From Microcystis aeruginosa NIES-843 (GTDB lineage: Bacteria; Cyanobacteriota; Cyanobacteriia; Cyanobacteriales; Microcystaceae), in assembly GCF_000010625.1 (NCBI RefSeq), contig NC_010296.1, positions 2,610,001-2,642,000 of the forward strand: a stretch of DNA of 32,000 nt, read 5' to 3'. Within the stretch, counting starts at the first letter, position 1; every line of letters starts with the position of its first letter. Below are positions 16,455 to 25,618 of this stretch, one piece after another. Both the position numbers and the translations under genes were made by a program. The notes under the pieces are model-generated. The model searched no databases, was not told where the DNA came from, and saw nothing but the letters and a program-made list of their open reading frames with translations.

Positions 16455-16546
16455 TAGATTTAGTTGCTGGGTTGGGATTGTTTACTTTTTGCTTAAAACT
16501 ATTAATTTAATTGCCGCCGGTGGTAATGTCAACAAATAGTATGTAA

Positions 16547-16606
16547 GTTCGGAAGAACCTGAATTTTCAGATATTGGAATTTAACGGGGAGTCTGATCAT
16601 ATACAC
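16547..16606 (+). pseudogene. IS200/IS605 tnpA (Y1/HUH transposase) remnant, left piece
   Basis: VRKNLNFQILEFNGESDHIH reads straight into ALIEYPPKLAIS... at 19635 once the IS1380 and one ACAC copy are removed (HUH motif DHIHAL). The N-terminal ~60 codons are absent. Confidence 0.7.
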
Positions 16607-17080
16607 CCCGCATTTCTCACAAAAAGTACGATCACCAACCCCCGAAGCCTTACAAAATCTGGGTTTTGACTGGGTGATCGCCTTGTAGCAAAAACGACAG
16701 TGTGTTGTTAGGATTCAACTTAAGCTCATCATCAATTAGACCTTGAAAAAAGAACAAATTTAAAATGCGTATTTTTAGGTTAATTAGTTGATAAAGTCTC
16801 AATTTTAAGTAGAGAATGAAGTCAAAAGCTTGCTATAATTTAATCATTAAAACTATTTAAAGTATGTCAAGTTTATGACTCCTAGTTCAGACCAGTCTCG
16901 ACTCAATCAATTAAATTTTGGAAACCTCAATGGAAGACAAGTAATCGCTAATTTTGAGGGAGGAAAAATCACCTCAGATGCAGGAATTATTTTGATGGCA
17001 GAGTTAGACCAAAAGCTAAAAATAACGGCTCGGTTTGCCGAATGTTTTCGAGATTATCGAAATTCATCCTATCTAGATTA

Positions 17081-18114
17081 TAGCAATTCTCTGACTTATG
17101 AGGTACAGTAGCAACAGTGAGTAAACCAATTGCGAATATCTTTTTGAGTAACTTCTAACATAGCCAATTCAATCCCTTCTATTAAGTCTTTGTAAGTTCT
17201 CGCCTTCAGTTTTCTTAACGTCGCTTTCACTTTTGACCAAAAGTTTTCAATAGGAGAGAATTCGGGAGAATAAGGAGGTAAATAGATGAGTCTAGCTTTT
17301 TCTTGTTCGATTATTTCTCTGACCATTTCTCCGAGATGAATCTTGGCGTTATCCATGATCAGACAGTCTCCTTCTTTAATTTTTGGCAGCACTTCCTTTA
17401 GAATAAATCCTTCAAATGTTACCGCATCCACTGCACCGTATATGTTGACTGATGCGACAACTTTTTCTAAGCTTATAGCACTAATTATTGAAATATTTCT
17501 CCCTCTTTTTTGTGGTTTTCTTCCCCGAGCTCTTCGGCCAATTAAGGCTCTAGCATAGAGTCTCAAAAGGGCTAAATTTACCCCCGATTCATCGATGAAA
17601 ATTAGTTTTGATGCCTCAATTTCCCGAACTTCTGACCAGTATTCCACTCTTTTTTGCTGTACCCTGTCACTTTCTTTTTCCGCCGCGTGTAGTGTTTTTT
17701 TTTGAAACTGTAATTGAGTTTTTGCGTAAGCCGCCCCAGGGTGGCTCTACTGACTTTCACCTGTGTCTTTTCATACAGTAAGTCCGATAATTCTTCGAGA
17801 GTTGCATCATTGTTAGCTTCGATGATTTCTATTAAAATTATCAGTTGTTCACTATTTAACTTGGTTGGCGGACTTCCCCCTTGCGGACGAGGACGGATAT
17901 CTCCTGTTTCTTTATGTTGCTTCAATAACTTCTGAATAAAGCTTTTAGCCACGTCAAATCTCTGGGCTAGTCCTCGAATGGAAATTTTTTCTTTCTTCCA
18001 GACATCGATAATTTTTTGGCGAAAATCTACGGAATAGGGTCTCATAGGAAGCTGGTAAGTTCTATTATTTGTCTATTTACTTTCTATTGTACCTCATAGC
18101 TCCAAGAATTGCTA
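17081..18114 (-). mobile_element. IS630-family insertion sequence nested in the IS1380 transposase gene
   Basis: 27-bp imperfect TIRs: TAGCAATTCT...ATGAGGTACA (17081-17107) and TGTACCTCAT...AGAATTGCTA (18088-18114). It is flanked by TA at 17079-17080 and 18115-16. Confidence 0.85.
17096..18045 (-). CDS. IS630-family transposase in two overlapping frames (needs -1 shift at an A9 run)
   Basis: The HTH part is 18045-17602 and the DDE part is 17647-17096 (LIFIDESG, IMDNAKIH, LPPYSPEFSPIENFW). The frames join at the T9 run 17695-17703 (A9 on the coding strand): FKKK|TLHAAEKESDRVQQKRVEYW. Confidence 0.8.
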
Positions 18115-19630
18115 TATTCAGTTCATGAACTACTCGCACAAAGAGTTTATGGGATAGTTTTGGGATATGAGGATGTCAATGATCATGATAAATTACGTCA
18201 TGCTCCAGCTTTAGCAATAGCATTGAAAAAACTAAATTTTATTGACTCAGCCCAAGCAAATTTAGCGGGAAAAAGTACAATTAATCGACTAGAATATTGT
18301 CCGGAAACAGTCATCAATCAAGAGAACAGTCGTTACCATAAAATCGAGCCTAACCCCAAAGAAATTGAAAAAGCTTTTGTGGACATCTTTCTAGAATCCT
18401 ACAAAAAGCCACCGAAACCAATTATTTTAGACATGGATGTCACCGATGACCAAGTGCATGGAAATCAAGAGGGAGCGTTTTTCAATACTTATTATAAAGG
18501 AGTGTGTTATGCTCCTTTGTATATTTTCTGTGAGCATCATTTATTAGTAGCTAAACTCCGGTCTTCTCATGTAGATACTGCTGGGGGAGCATTAGAAGAA
18601 TTGCAGCGAATAATCGGTATAATTCGAGAAAAATGGTCAGATACGCAGATATTAGTACGAGGAGATAGTGCCTATTCCCGTGAAGATATCATGAAATTTT
18701 GCGAAAGTCAAGCAGGAGTTGATTATGTTTTAGCAATGGCAACGAATAGTCAATTAAAATTACGAGCGACCGATGTAATTGAGAAAGCTAAGGCAGATTA
18801 CGAGCAAAGACTTCAGCCAGTTACTGAATTAATGGAGACGTTATTTTCTCCCGATGAAGAGTTAGGAGAATTGGCGAAATTGGTACCAGAATCGACTTGG
18901 TATCGTTCCCTATGTTATCAAACCCAAAAATCCTGGAGCCGTTCAAGAAGAGTGGTGACAAAAGTTTGTCCTGGTAGTGAGGGCGTAAAAATTCGCCACG
19001 TTGTGACTTCTTTACCTGCATCAAAGATTCCCCCATCTAAACTTTACACTGAAAAATATTGCCCCAGAGGGGAGAGGTCAAATCGAATTAAAGAGCAACA
19101 ATTAGACTTATTTGCTGACCGGAATTCGACACAGACATTTGAGAGTAATCAATTAAGACTTTGGTTGTCATCAATGGCTTATGTTTTAATGCAAGCTTTT
19201 CGTCAAAATTGTTTGGCTAAAACTTCTTTTGCCAAAGCGACAGTGGGAACAATTCGCCTTAATTTCCTTAAATTAGGAGCTAGAATTACTGTTAGTGTCA
19301 GAAGAATTTTAATCGCAATTGCCAGTTCTTGTCCCTATCAAGATATTTTAGCGATAGCTTACTCTAGAATTCAAGCGATAGCGGGAACTGGATAAGTTGA
19401 AGAGTTTTCAAAGATCATTAAATAGTCTTAAAAATGGCTGCTTATAAATTCAGCTAACTTTGTCGTGAACATTTTCCCTAATTGACGGAATTTTTCCAGT
19501 AATTCAGGAATTTTTTGATTAGTTTAGTCAGATTATTCCTTGATAACTAAGCGGGTTTCTCTTATTTTTGAAAAACACCAACTTTTAACCTCCAAATTAG
19601 GTTCTTAATTCAGTTTGTGAGAAATGCGGG

Positions 19631-19844
19631 ACACGCATTGATTGAATACCCACCGAAACTAGCTATTTCTGTAATGGTCAATTCTTTAAAAGGAGTCTCT
19701 AGTCGTAGATATGGACAAGCTGGTTATCCTAAGCCGTACGGAAAAGATGCTCTTTGGTCGCCCAGTTATTTTGTCTCTTCTGTAGGAGGTGCGCCACTGG
19801 AAGTTCTTAAGTGCTACATTAAAAATCAGGAAAAGCCGTCCTAA
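19631..19844 (+). pseudogene. IS200/IS605 tnpA remnant, right piece
   Basis: ALIEYPPKLAISVMVNSLKGVSSRR...LWSPSYFVSSVGGAPLEVLKCYIKNQ, with the catalytic Tyr in SPSYF. The apparent start of ORF 19617 is IS1380 terminal-repeat sequence. Confidence 0.8.
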
Positions 19845-19858
19845 AAGGACGGGGTTTT
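19836..19858 (+). other. Hairpin at the tnpA stop (IS200/IS605 end structure or terminator)
   Basis: CCGTCC-taaaa-GGACGG followed by GGTTTT. The stop codon lies in the loop. Confidence 0.5.
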
Positions 19859-19901
19859 AACCCAAATTTTCGATAATCCGCTTGCGCATTTTGTGCCTCT
19901 G

Positions 19902-20989
19902 TAAGTACCTAGGCAAAATTAATTACATACTCGCCTCCAAAATTGTCCAGCACTTTTTTAACGTAAGCGAGGAGGCTCTTTCGGTCTTTATAGGCGCTAA
20001 ATTCAATCCATTCATATTTTAAAAATCTCCATAATATTTCAATTAAATTTAAATGAGGTGAATAAGTGGGCAACCAAAATATTTTCAAGTTTTTCTTTTC
20101 CCATTCCTCAAGTTTCTCCATAAATGCCTCGCTGGTATGAATGGAAGCTTGGTCAATTATTATGACAGTTTTTTTCTGTATATTTTGGCAATATTTATCC
20201 AGAAAATTAATAACTATCTCGCTAGTAACCGTTCCGACCTGTGTCTCATAAAATAATTGATTATCTCGTTTCATTATTCCTAAAATATTTAGTCTTTTAC
20301 CTTCAATTGGTGGTAACTTTATCGTGGTTTTTTCTTCTTGCCAAGCGTCAGGAATACAAGGCTTTGAATCCCCTCCCATTTCATCCAAATATCCTATCTC
20401 AATCTCTCCTCTTTTTTCCTGTTTTTTTAGTTCTTCTAAAATAGGTAGTTTGACCTCAAGCTCCCACTCATCAGGGGTTTTGGCGACCCCTCTTCTCACC
20501 CTTTTCCACCTCATGTTGATTTTTTTTATGAGTCTTTTTATCTTGTCTTTGCTTACGGTTAATTTCCCTTCTTCTACAATTTTTATCTGGATTTTTTTTA
20601 AGCTTTTCGGTTCTTCTTTTACCCAGTCAATAACTTGTTGACCTTGTGCTTCTGTCAATTTAGGTTTTCTCCCTCTTCCTCGACGATTATAAAAACCAAT
20701 TAGTTTTCTATCTTCCCAGGCCGTCAACCAATTATAGATGGTCTTTCTCGTAACTCCAAATATTCCGCTCAATTCTTCTATCGTGGTTCCCTGAAAACTT
20801 AAGAGTATACATTTCGCTCGCTCTCTTACTTGATGATGTTTACTAGCTCGATAAATTCTCTCTAGCATTTTCTGGCTCTCGGGGTTTAGGTCTCTAATCA
20901 ATCTCATTGTATTTTCCTGCTGCTTCGTTTTTTTATGTATTATACTTCTTAATTTTTTATTTGGGTAATTAATTTTGCATGACTACTTA
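19902..20989 (-). mobile_element. IS630-family insertion sequence, apparently intact
   Basis: 25-bp TIRs: TAAGTAcctagGCAAAATTAATTAC (19902-19926) and GTAATTAATTTTGCatgacTACTTA (20965-20989). A single 332-aa ORF lies inside. Confidence 0.8.
19909..20907 (-). CDS. IS630-family transposase (332 aa, single frame)
   Basis: N-terminal HTH (GVTRKTIYNWL) and a DDE region (GYLDEMG, IIDQASIHTS, LPTYSPHLNLIEILW). Confidence 0.9.
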   Translation of the reverse strand: MRLIRDLNPESQKMLERIYRASKHHQVRERAKCILLSFQGTTIEELSGIFGVTRKTIYNWLTAWEDRKLIGFYNRRGRGRKPKLTEAQGQQVIDWVKEEPKSLKKIQIKIVEEGKLTVSKDKIKRLIKKINMRWKRVRRGVAKTPDEWELEVKLPILEELKKQEKRGEIEIGYLDEMGGDSKPCIPDAWQEEKTTIKLPPIEGKRLNILGIMKRDNQLFYETQVGTVTSEIVINFLDKYCQNIQKKTVIIIDQASIHTSEAFMEKLEEWEKKNLKIFWLPTYSPHLNLIEILWRFLKYEWIEFSAYKDRKSLLAYVKKVLDNFGGEYVINFA

Positions 20990-22265
20990 TGATACCTGTG
21001 TTGTACTGCAAAAACTGCTTGTGACATAAAATCAGCACGAGTCAGACAGTTTTCGATAACAGCAGCCCTTGATGCGCCACCCGTGAAAAAATCTTGGGGT
21101 TTTAGGGGTTGTGATGCCCCATTATGACAAACCTGAAAAAGTTCTGCTCTATATCTGGTGTTATACCATTTTTCTAAATTCCTGACAGACATAGAGCTTC
21201 TAAAATCCAAGACCATCCCGTCAAATACCCGATCGTGTCATTGGATAGAGAATTTAAAAGATGGTAAAGTTTACTTCTTAAGTTATCAAGGGAGTTAAAA
21301 TTGCCCCAGGCCAATAGGTTTTTCAAATATAGCCAAACTCTCTCAATTGGATTTACTTCTGGACAATAGGGAGGTTGATAAAATAGGATAATATTATCAG
21401 GTATTTCTAGGTCGGTCGCCGTATGTGCGGGAGCATTATCTAATTGAATAATATGTAATTCCTCAGAAAAAGCTTGAGAAAAAAGCGTTAAATATTGATT
21501 AAAACATTCCCCATCTAAATGAGAAAATTCATAGAAAAAACTGCTACCTGTTCGAGGTTCTATTAAACCATAGAGCCAGAGATATTGAAAATTATACTGA
21601 AAATTACCAAGGGGCTTTATGCCTTTAATTGTTATTTTATCTCTGACAATGGTATGACAGCCGAAGCGACTTTCATCTTGACACCAGAAGCGGACTTTTA
21701 AATATTGACTAACTTTTTCAGATTCCTTTTCTAGTAAAGCTTGTAGCTGTTCAGATAGATTATTTTGGAATATTTTTACTTCTCCTGGTAATTGTTTTAA
21801 ATTTTGAGGTCGAGCCACTTTTAATTTAGCTTGTAATTCATTTCTTACGAGACGGTAAACAGTTATATAACTGGTGGGTATTTCTAAAATAATTGATACC
21901 CAAAAATGAATTTCTTTATAACTTTGAAATCCTTCTGGGTCTTTTAATTCATTCTGAATTAGAGCGGCTTCTTCCACTGAAATCTTTTTGGGTCTTCCCA
22001 GTTTTTCTGGTTCTGACAAGAGATTTTCTATCCCTCCTTCTCGATAACAACTTAACCAGCGATGAATAGTTCTTTCTGAGCGTCCTATTAACACGGCGAG
22101 ATGACGAACCGTTTCTACCTCCTTAATTTTTAGTAGATACAGGGATTGTACTTTAGCAAAGTTTAAAGAGGTTACTTGTTGCTTCAACAAGGATTTTAAG
22201 TCTTCTACTGACTCAGCAACATTAATATTAGGGACTCCACTCATTGCCTTTTTACCACACAAACT
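20990..22265 (-). mobile_element. Second, unrelated IS630-family insertion sequence abutting the previous one (ends approximate)
   Basis: A transposase ORF plus weakly matching termini (..TGTGTTGTA.. near 20997 and TACCACACAAACTATA at 22250-22265). The boundaries are not resolved to the nucleotide. Confidence 0.6.
21174..22244 (-). CDS. IS630-family transposase (356 aa from ATG 22244)
   Basis: HTH (SERTIHRWL) and a DDE region (RFWCQDESRFG, QLDNAPAHTA, QPPYCPEVNPIERVW). The upstream TTG at 22262 lies in the terminal repeat. Confidence 0.88.
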   Translation of the reverse strand: MSGVPNINVAESVEDLKSLLKQQVTSLNFAKVQSLYLLKIKEVETVRHLAVLIGRSERTIHRWLSCYREGGIENLLSEPEKLGRPKKISVEEAALIQNELKDPEGFQSYKEIHFWVSIILEIPTSYITVYRLVRNELQAKLKVARPQNLKQLPGEVKIFQNNLSEQLQALLEKESEKVSQYLKVRFWCQDESRFGCHTIVRDKITIKGIKPLGNFQYNFQYLWLYGLIEPRTGSSFFYEFSHLDGECFNQYLTLFSQAFSEELHIIQLDNAPAHTATDLEIPDNIILFYQPPYCPEVNPIERVWLYLKNLLAWGNFNSLDNLRSKLYHLLNSLSNDTIGYLTGWSWILEALCLSGI

Positions 22266-22271
22266 ATACCT

Positions 22272-22697
22272 TTACCAAGTATGACATACTTTTTGAAAAA
22301 TGGTATTACAATCATTGGCATCTGTGCCTAAAGTATAGTAACAGTGATCGTGGTTATTGCAAGGTTCTCTAAAACTGAAGTCGTAGCCAAGGCTACCAAA
22401 GTTATCATATTCTCCCGGTCTTCCACCCGGAATACTGCAACCATTAGGTCTTTTGGCATAGGGGTAAAAAGGGAGTGATTCACTGCCTTCATCAGAGTCC
22501 TTAAAATCATCCCAGCAAGGGATGCTAATGCCATTTTTGCTACCGCAATCTTGTGCTTTTACTGGTTCTATTAGTAGCAGAAAGCTAGTTGAAATAAAGA
22601 GAAAAGTCACACAATTTGAGATAGACATTAATGCCATCCTGCTAGTTAATTTGCCAAATTCTGATTTCATTACTGAACGGCTTAACGTTGTTTTCAT
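22272..22697 (-). CDS. Secreted phospholipase A2-like protein (prokaryotic/fungal sPLA2-type C..HD.CY motif)
   Basis: Signal-like segment MALMSISNCVTFLFISTSFLLLIEPVKA|QD, then NGCSIPGG...FSFREPCNNHDHCYY with further Cys. Its ATG overlaps the upstream stop (TGATG). An IS630 end lies a few nt after the stop. Confidence 0.6.
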   Translation of the reverse strand: MKTTLSRSVMKSEFGKLTSRMALMSISNCVTFLFISTSFLLLIEPVKAQDCGSKNGISIPCWDDFKDSDEGSESLPFYPYAKRPNGCSIPGGRPGEYDNFGSLGYDFSFREPCNNHDHCYYTLGTDANDCNTIFQKVCHTW

Positions 22698-23317
22698 CAA
22701 GGTACACGCCTACTATACGACAACCTTAAAAGGAAAGTTCCAGCAACTTGATCAGGGTAGGAATAAGCAGATCGCTCGATATTGACTCCTGGTATGTCAG
22801 TTGCACGACGAGTACCCCTGTAAGTTTGCCAGTTTTGACCTCTTACAAGTTCAAAAGCCGAACCATTGGTTTTGATGAGAAACCTATCCTGTGAGTTTTC
22901 CCAGTTTAAATAAACTCCATTCGTACCCGCAGTAAAAAAAACTGGCTCTTCGTTACTTGGTATGGTTCGATAGGGGGGCATAAATCGACTAAATCCTTAT
23001 CTGGCAAGAGATTTAATTGATTAGTTCGCTCTAGATCAAAAACAATTGACAAAAATCGCCAAATATCTTTCTCTATAAGGGTTTCATCCCTTATAACCTC
23101 CGTCCATTGCATAACACAAACCGAAGAGCCAAAAAACTTTCTCTCTATGGGTGCGACCATTGTTCCATTTTGTTGTCAGAGTGCCGTCTTTGAAATCATT
23201 GATTATCTGGCTACAGGCAATCTCTCTTCCAGACGATTGGGTTGCACCCTCAGTTTGCCATAATACTACCAATAAAGTAGCTATGGTGATAGTCATAGAT
23301 AATGATTTTTTGAGCAT
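22697..23317 (-). pseudogene. Secreted protein gene broken into three frames (two frameshifts)
   Basis: A GGGAG SD lies upstream of the ATG at 23317, followed by the signal peptide MLKKSLSMTITIATLLVVLWQTEGA. ORFs 23317-23084, 23160-22906 and 22981-22697 overlap serially. Candidate shift sites are A6 at 23131-23136 and G6 at 22973-22978. No recognisable domain. Confidence 0.5.
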
Positions 23318-23378
23318 ACTTTACTCCCTAGTATAGATAGATAGATTGCTTCCAACTTATTAACAAGATTTTTCAATT

Positions 23379-23963
23379 TCAAGGTGTTGTTTCTGGGGTA
23401 AGGTCGAGGTTGCGATAGACTTGTTCAATCGGAAAACTTAGATTAATGCTTTTGAGTTCTACGGTATCGCCTTCTTGGTAGTTAATAATGAGCCATTCAC
23501 CAGCATCATTTTTGTGATATAAATCCATTTCGATGCTGGTGGAACTCACTAATAAATAATCTTGTAAAACTAGATTTTTGCGGTACATTCTAAATTTGCC
23601 ACCTCTATCATAGGACTCGGTACTAGGTGAAAGAACTTCAACAATGAGACAAGGATAAGTAATGTATTGGGTTGTAGTTTTATCGTGATCGTCGCAGGTT
23701 ACGCTAACATCAGGATAAGTGTAGTTAGTTGTTTCGACAATGTTGACTCTCAGATCTGAGTTACCTACTTCACAGCCAGTGCTTTCAAGGTGGTTGGAAA
23801 ACAGGGTAATAAATCTAACTGAGATGAGACTATGGTTTTTGCTGCCGCCGCTCATAGTGTACACTTGACCATCGATCAGTTCGTGTTTTTCTAGTTGCTT
23901 TTCTTCCCAAGCAAAGTATTCTTCTGGAGTAAGTTGGGGAAAGTTTTCTTTAATGGCAATCAT
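23379..23963 (-). CDS. Uma2-family (DUF820) PD-(D/E)xK endonuclease
   Basis: EEYFAWEEKQLEKHELIDGQVYTMSGGSKNH..., YPDVSVTCD and LIVEVLSPSTESYDRGGKFRMY are the family signature. Confidence 0.85.
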   Translation of the reverse strand: MIAIKENFPQLTPEEYFAWEEKQLEKHELIDGQVYTMSGGSKNHSLISVRFITLFSNHLESTGCEVGNSDLRVNIVETTNYTYPDVSVTCDDHDKTTTQYITYPCLIVEVLSPSTESYDRGGKFRMYRKNLVLQDYLLVSSTSIEMDLYHKNDAGEWLIINYQEGDTVELKSINLSFPIEQVYRNLDLTPETTP

Positions 23964-24420
23964 GAGAAATTACTCCTTTATTAGCTTTGATAATATTTTA
24001 ACAATTTACCAAACATTTTTTTGTTCTCTCGACATCTTGATAGAAAATAAGTACCTGGACAAAAATAAACGAGACTCTACCAAACCTGTTATGCAAAATT
24101 ATTAACAACTCATGCTTGTAAAGCTTGTATAGTAAGGCTTTGAGTTTTTGTTAGATTGATATTTATCAACTTTAGAGCATTGCTGGACAGAGAGGGAGCT
24201 TAGGGAATTTTCTACAGTGTAAGTTCGGAAGAACCAGGATTTTGTGGGAGAAATGTTTATCTTATTTAAAACTAAGAACTTGTTCTGGTGTTGTTGAATT
24301 GAGATATGAATGGTAATTGTGCATCGTATCCACAACGAACGCTTAGGACTAAGTTTGAAAAATTGCCTAGAGGACACTTAATACTTAAAATCAGCAACGC
24401 CATAAAAGCCATAAAATATG

Positions 24421-24443
24421 GGGGCTGAACAAGGTTCAACCCC
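24421..24443 (-). terminator. Hairpin terminator downstream of the VKOR gene
   Basis: GGGGTTGAAC-ctt-GTTCAGCCCC on the minus strand, 11 nt after the stop, followed by CATATTTTATGG. The U-tract is imperfect. Confidence 0.5.
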
Positions 24444-24454
24444 TCAATATTTTT

Positions 24455-25441
24455 CTACTTACGTCCCGGAACTGTATATTTAAAATTCATCGGGCCGGTA
24501 TAACCGGAAATCTCCGCTAATTTCTCTAATCTTTGGGTTCCCGAATATTCTTGACCCCTAATAATCCAAGTGGGAAAACCTTTAATTCCGGCATCGCGAC
24601 AAGCTTGGGGATTACCATTAACCCCTTGGGGATCGCATTCGATATAAACCCCTTCTTTTTTGAGGATTTCTCCCGCTTCCTTACCAAATAACTGTTTTTG
24701 ATCGTAACAGTGGGGACACCAAAAAGCCCCGTATTCCTTCGCACCAATTGCTTTTAAATGTTTAGCCAGGGCGATTTCTGCTTTTCCCGGAACCGTGGTT
24801 ACTTCCCAACCGTAGGGAGGTTTAGCCGCTGTCATTGGCCGGGTAATTTCTTCTTTTCCTCCTGTCACGGTGGGGGAATTTACTCCCGTATAAACCGCTA
24901 AAGTTCCCACCAAAGTAATCATCGCCACCACAACCATCGGCAGTATAATTTGTCCTAAACCTTCCCATTCGCGACCAACAATTGTGAGAATTAATAAGGT
25001 TAAAGCGAACAAAGCCGAAGTGATGCAGTAGGGACACAATTCCTTTAATTCCGTGGCTAGAATATACATTAAATAACCACTAAATACCGCCATCGCCGTC
25101 GCCCCCGCTAACAGCAATAACCAAGTATTATTTTCTAAACTTTTGCGGAGATTTTTCTGAGTTTCCCCATTAATAAATAGAGGGCTGAGGGCAAAAACCG
25201 CCATGGCAATATAGGCCAAAAAACCGAACAAACTCAAGGGCAGCCCGAAAACCGTAGCGTAGGGACTATTAAGAACACCACTACAACCAGCCCCATCAGT
25301 AGCCCCGGCGGTACAGGCCGCAGCCCCTCCCGTCAGTTTGGTAATGGTTAAATAGCCGGTCAGAATCGCCCCCACGATCGAAACGCCCCCAATTAGAGGC
25401 CGGGAGTAGCGATGAATCCAAGGTACAGAACGACGACGCAT
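24455..25441 (-). CDS. Vitamin K epoxide reductase (VKOR) fused to a thioredoxin-like domain
   Basis: VKOR membrane core (CSGVLNSPYATVFGLPLSLFGFLAY; CPYC) and a C-terminal Trx fold with WCPHC. Confidence 0.9.
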   Translation of the reverse strand: MRRRSVPWIHRYSRPLIGGVSIVGAILTGYLTITKLTGGAAACTAGATDGAGCSGVLNSPYATVFGLPLSLFGFLAYIAMAVFALSPLFINGETQKNLRKSLENNTWLLLLAGATAMAVFSGYLMYILATELKELCPYCITSALFALTLLILTIVGREWEGLGQIILPMVVVAMITLVGTLAVYTGVNSPTVTGGKEEITRPMTAAKPPYGWEVTTVPGKAEIALAKHLKAIGAKEYGAFWCPHCYDQKQLFGKEAGEILKKEGVYIECDPQGVNGNPQACRDAGIKGFPTWIIRGQEYSGTQRLEKLAEISGYTGPMNFKYTVPGRK

Positions 25442-25471
25442 AATATTATTTAGATTAAATTACAGCAGAAT

Positions 25472-25492
25472 TCAGGAGTCAGGAGTCAGGAG
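25472..25492. repeat. Heptamer tandem repeat TCAGGAG x 3
   Basis: tcaggag tcaggag tcaggag, read directly, between the VKOR start and the btpA stop. Confidence 0.9.
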
Positions 25493-25618
25493 AGAAATCT
25501 AAATGTACTTTGTTGAAAGGAAAAATTGCCTAACCATATTGTGTTAATTAGGACGTTTTCAATTCCTAAAAACTTAGGATAGCTATCCCCTGAAACTATC
25601 CGCCATTCTAGCAAGGGG

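Larger units (their letters stand above)
16875..19395 (+). pseudogene. IS1380-family transposase interrupted by IS630 (exon-like parts 16875-17080 and 18117-19395)
   Basis: GGKITSDAGIILMAELD...SSYLDY | SVHELLAQRVYGIVLGYEDVNDHDKLR...YCPRGERSNRIKEQQLDLFADR. Joining across the insertion restores ..LDYSVHELL.. in frame. Confidence 0.85.
16607..19630 (+). mobile_element. IS1380-family insertion sequence (carrying a nested IS630)
   Basis: 17-bp perfect TIRs: CCCGCATTTCTCACAAA (16607-16623) and TTTGTGAGAAATGCGGG (19614-19630). There is a 4-bp TSD ACAC (16603-16606 and 19631-19634). Confidence 0.85.

Noticed and set aside
16539-16567. 27-29 nt shared between the tnpA remnant (GTATGTAAGTTCGGAAGAACCTGAATTTT) and 24217-24243 (GTGTAAGTTCGGAAGAACCAGGATTTT)
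   Set aside because: The similarity is real, but the flanks diverge immediately. I cannot tell whether it is a second micro-remnant of tnpA or part of another repeat, and it is too short to interpret.
20983-21216. 77-aa minus-strand ORF spanning the junction of the two adjacent IS630 elements
   Set aside because: It lies in the 3' non-coding end of one IS and crosses into the terminal repeat of the next. There is no motif, so it is most likely fortuitous.
22522-23336. Plus-strand ORFs 22522-22785 and 23151-23336, and minus-strand 22328-22534
   Set aside because: They are antisense or off-frame to the PLA2-like and secreted-protein genes and have no features.
24102-24377. 91-aa minus-strand ORF in the Uma2-VKOR intergenic region
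   Set aside because: The sequence is AT-rich and repeat-containing, with an implausible low-complexity translation. I left the region unannotated.
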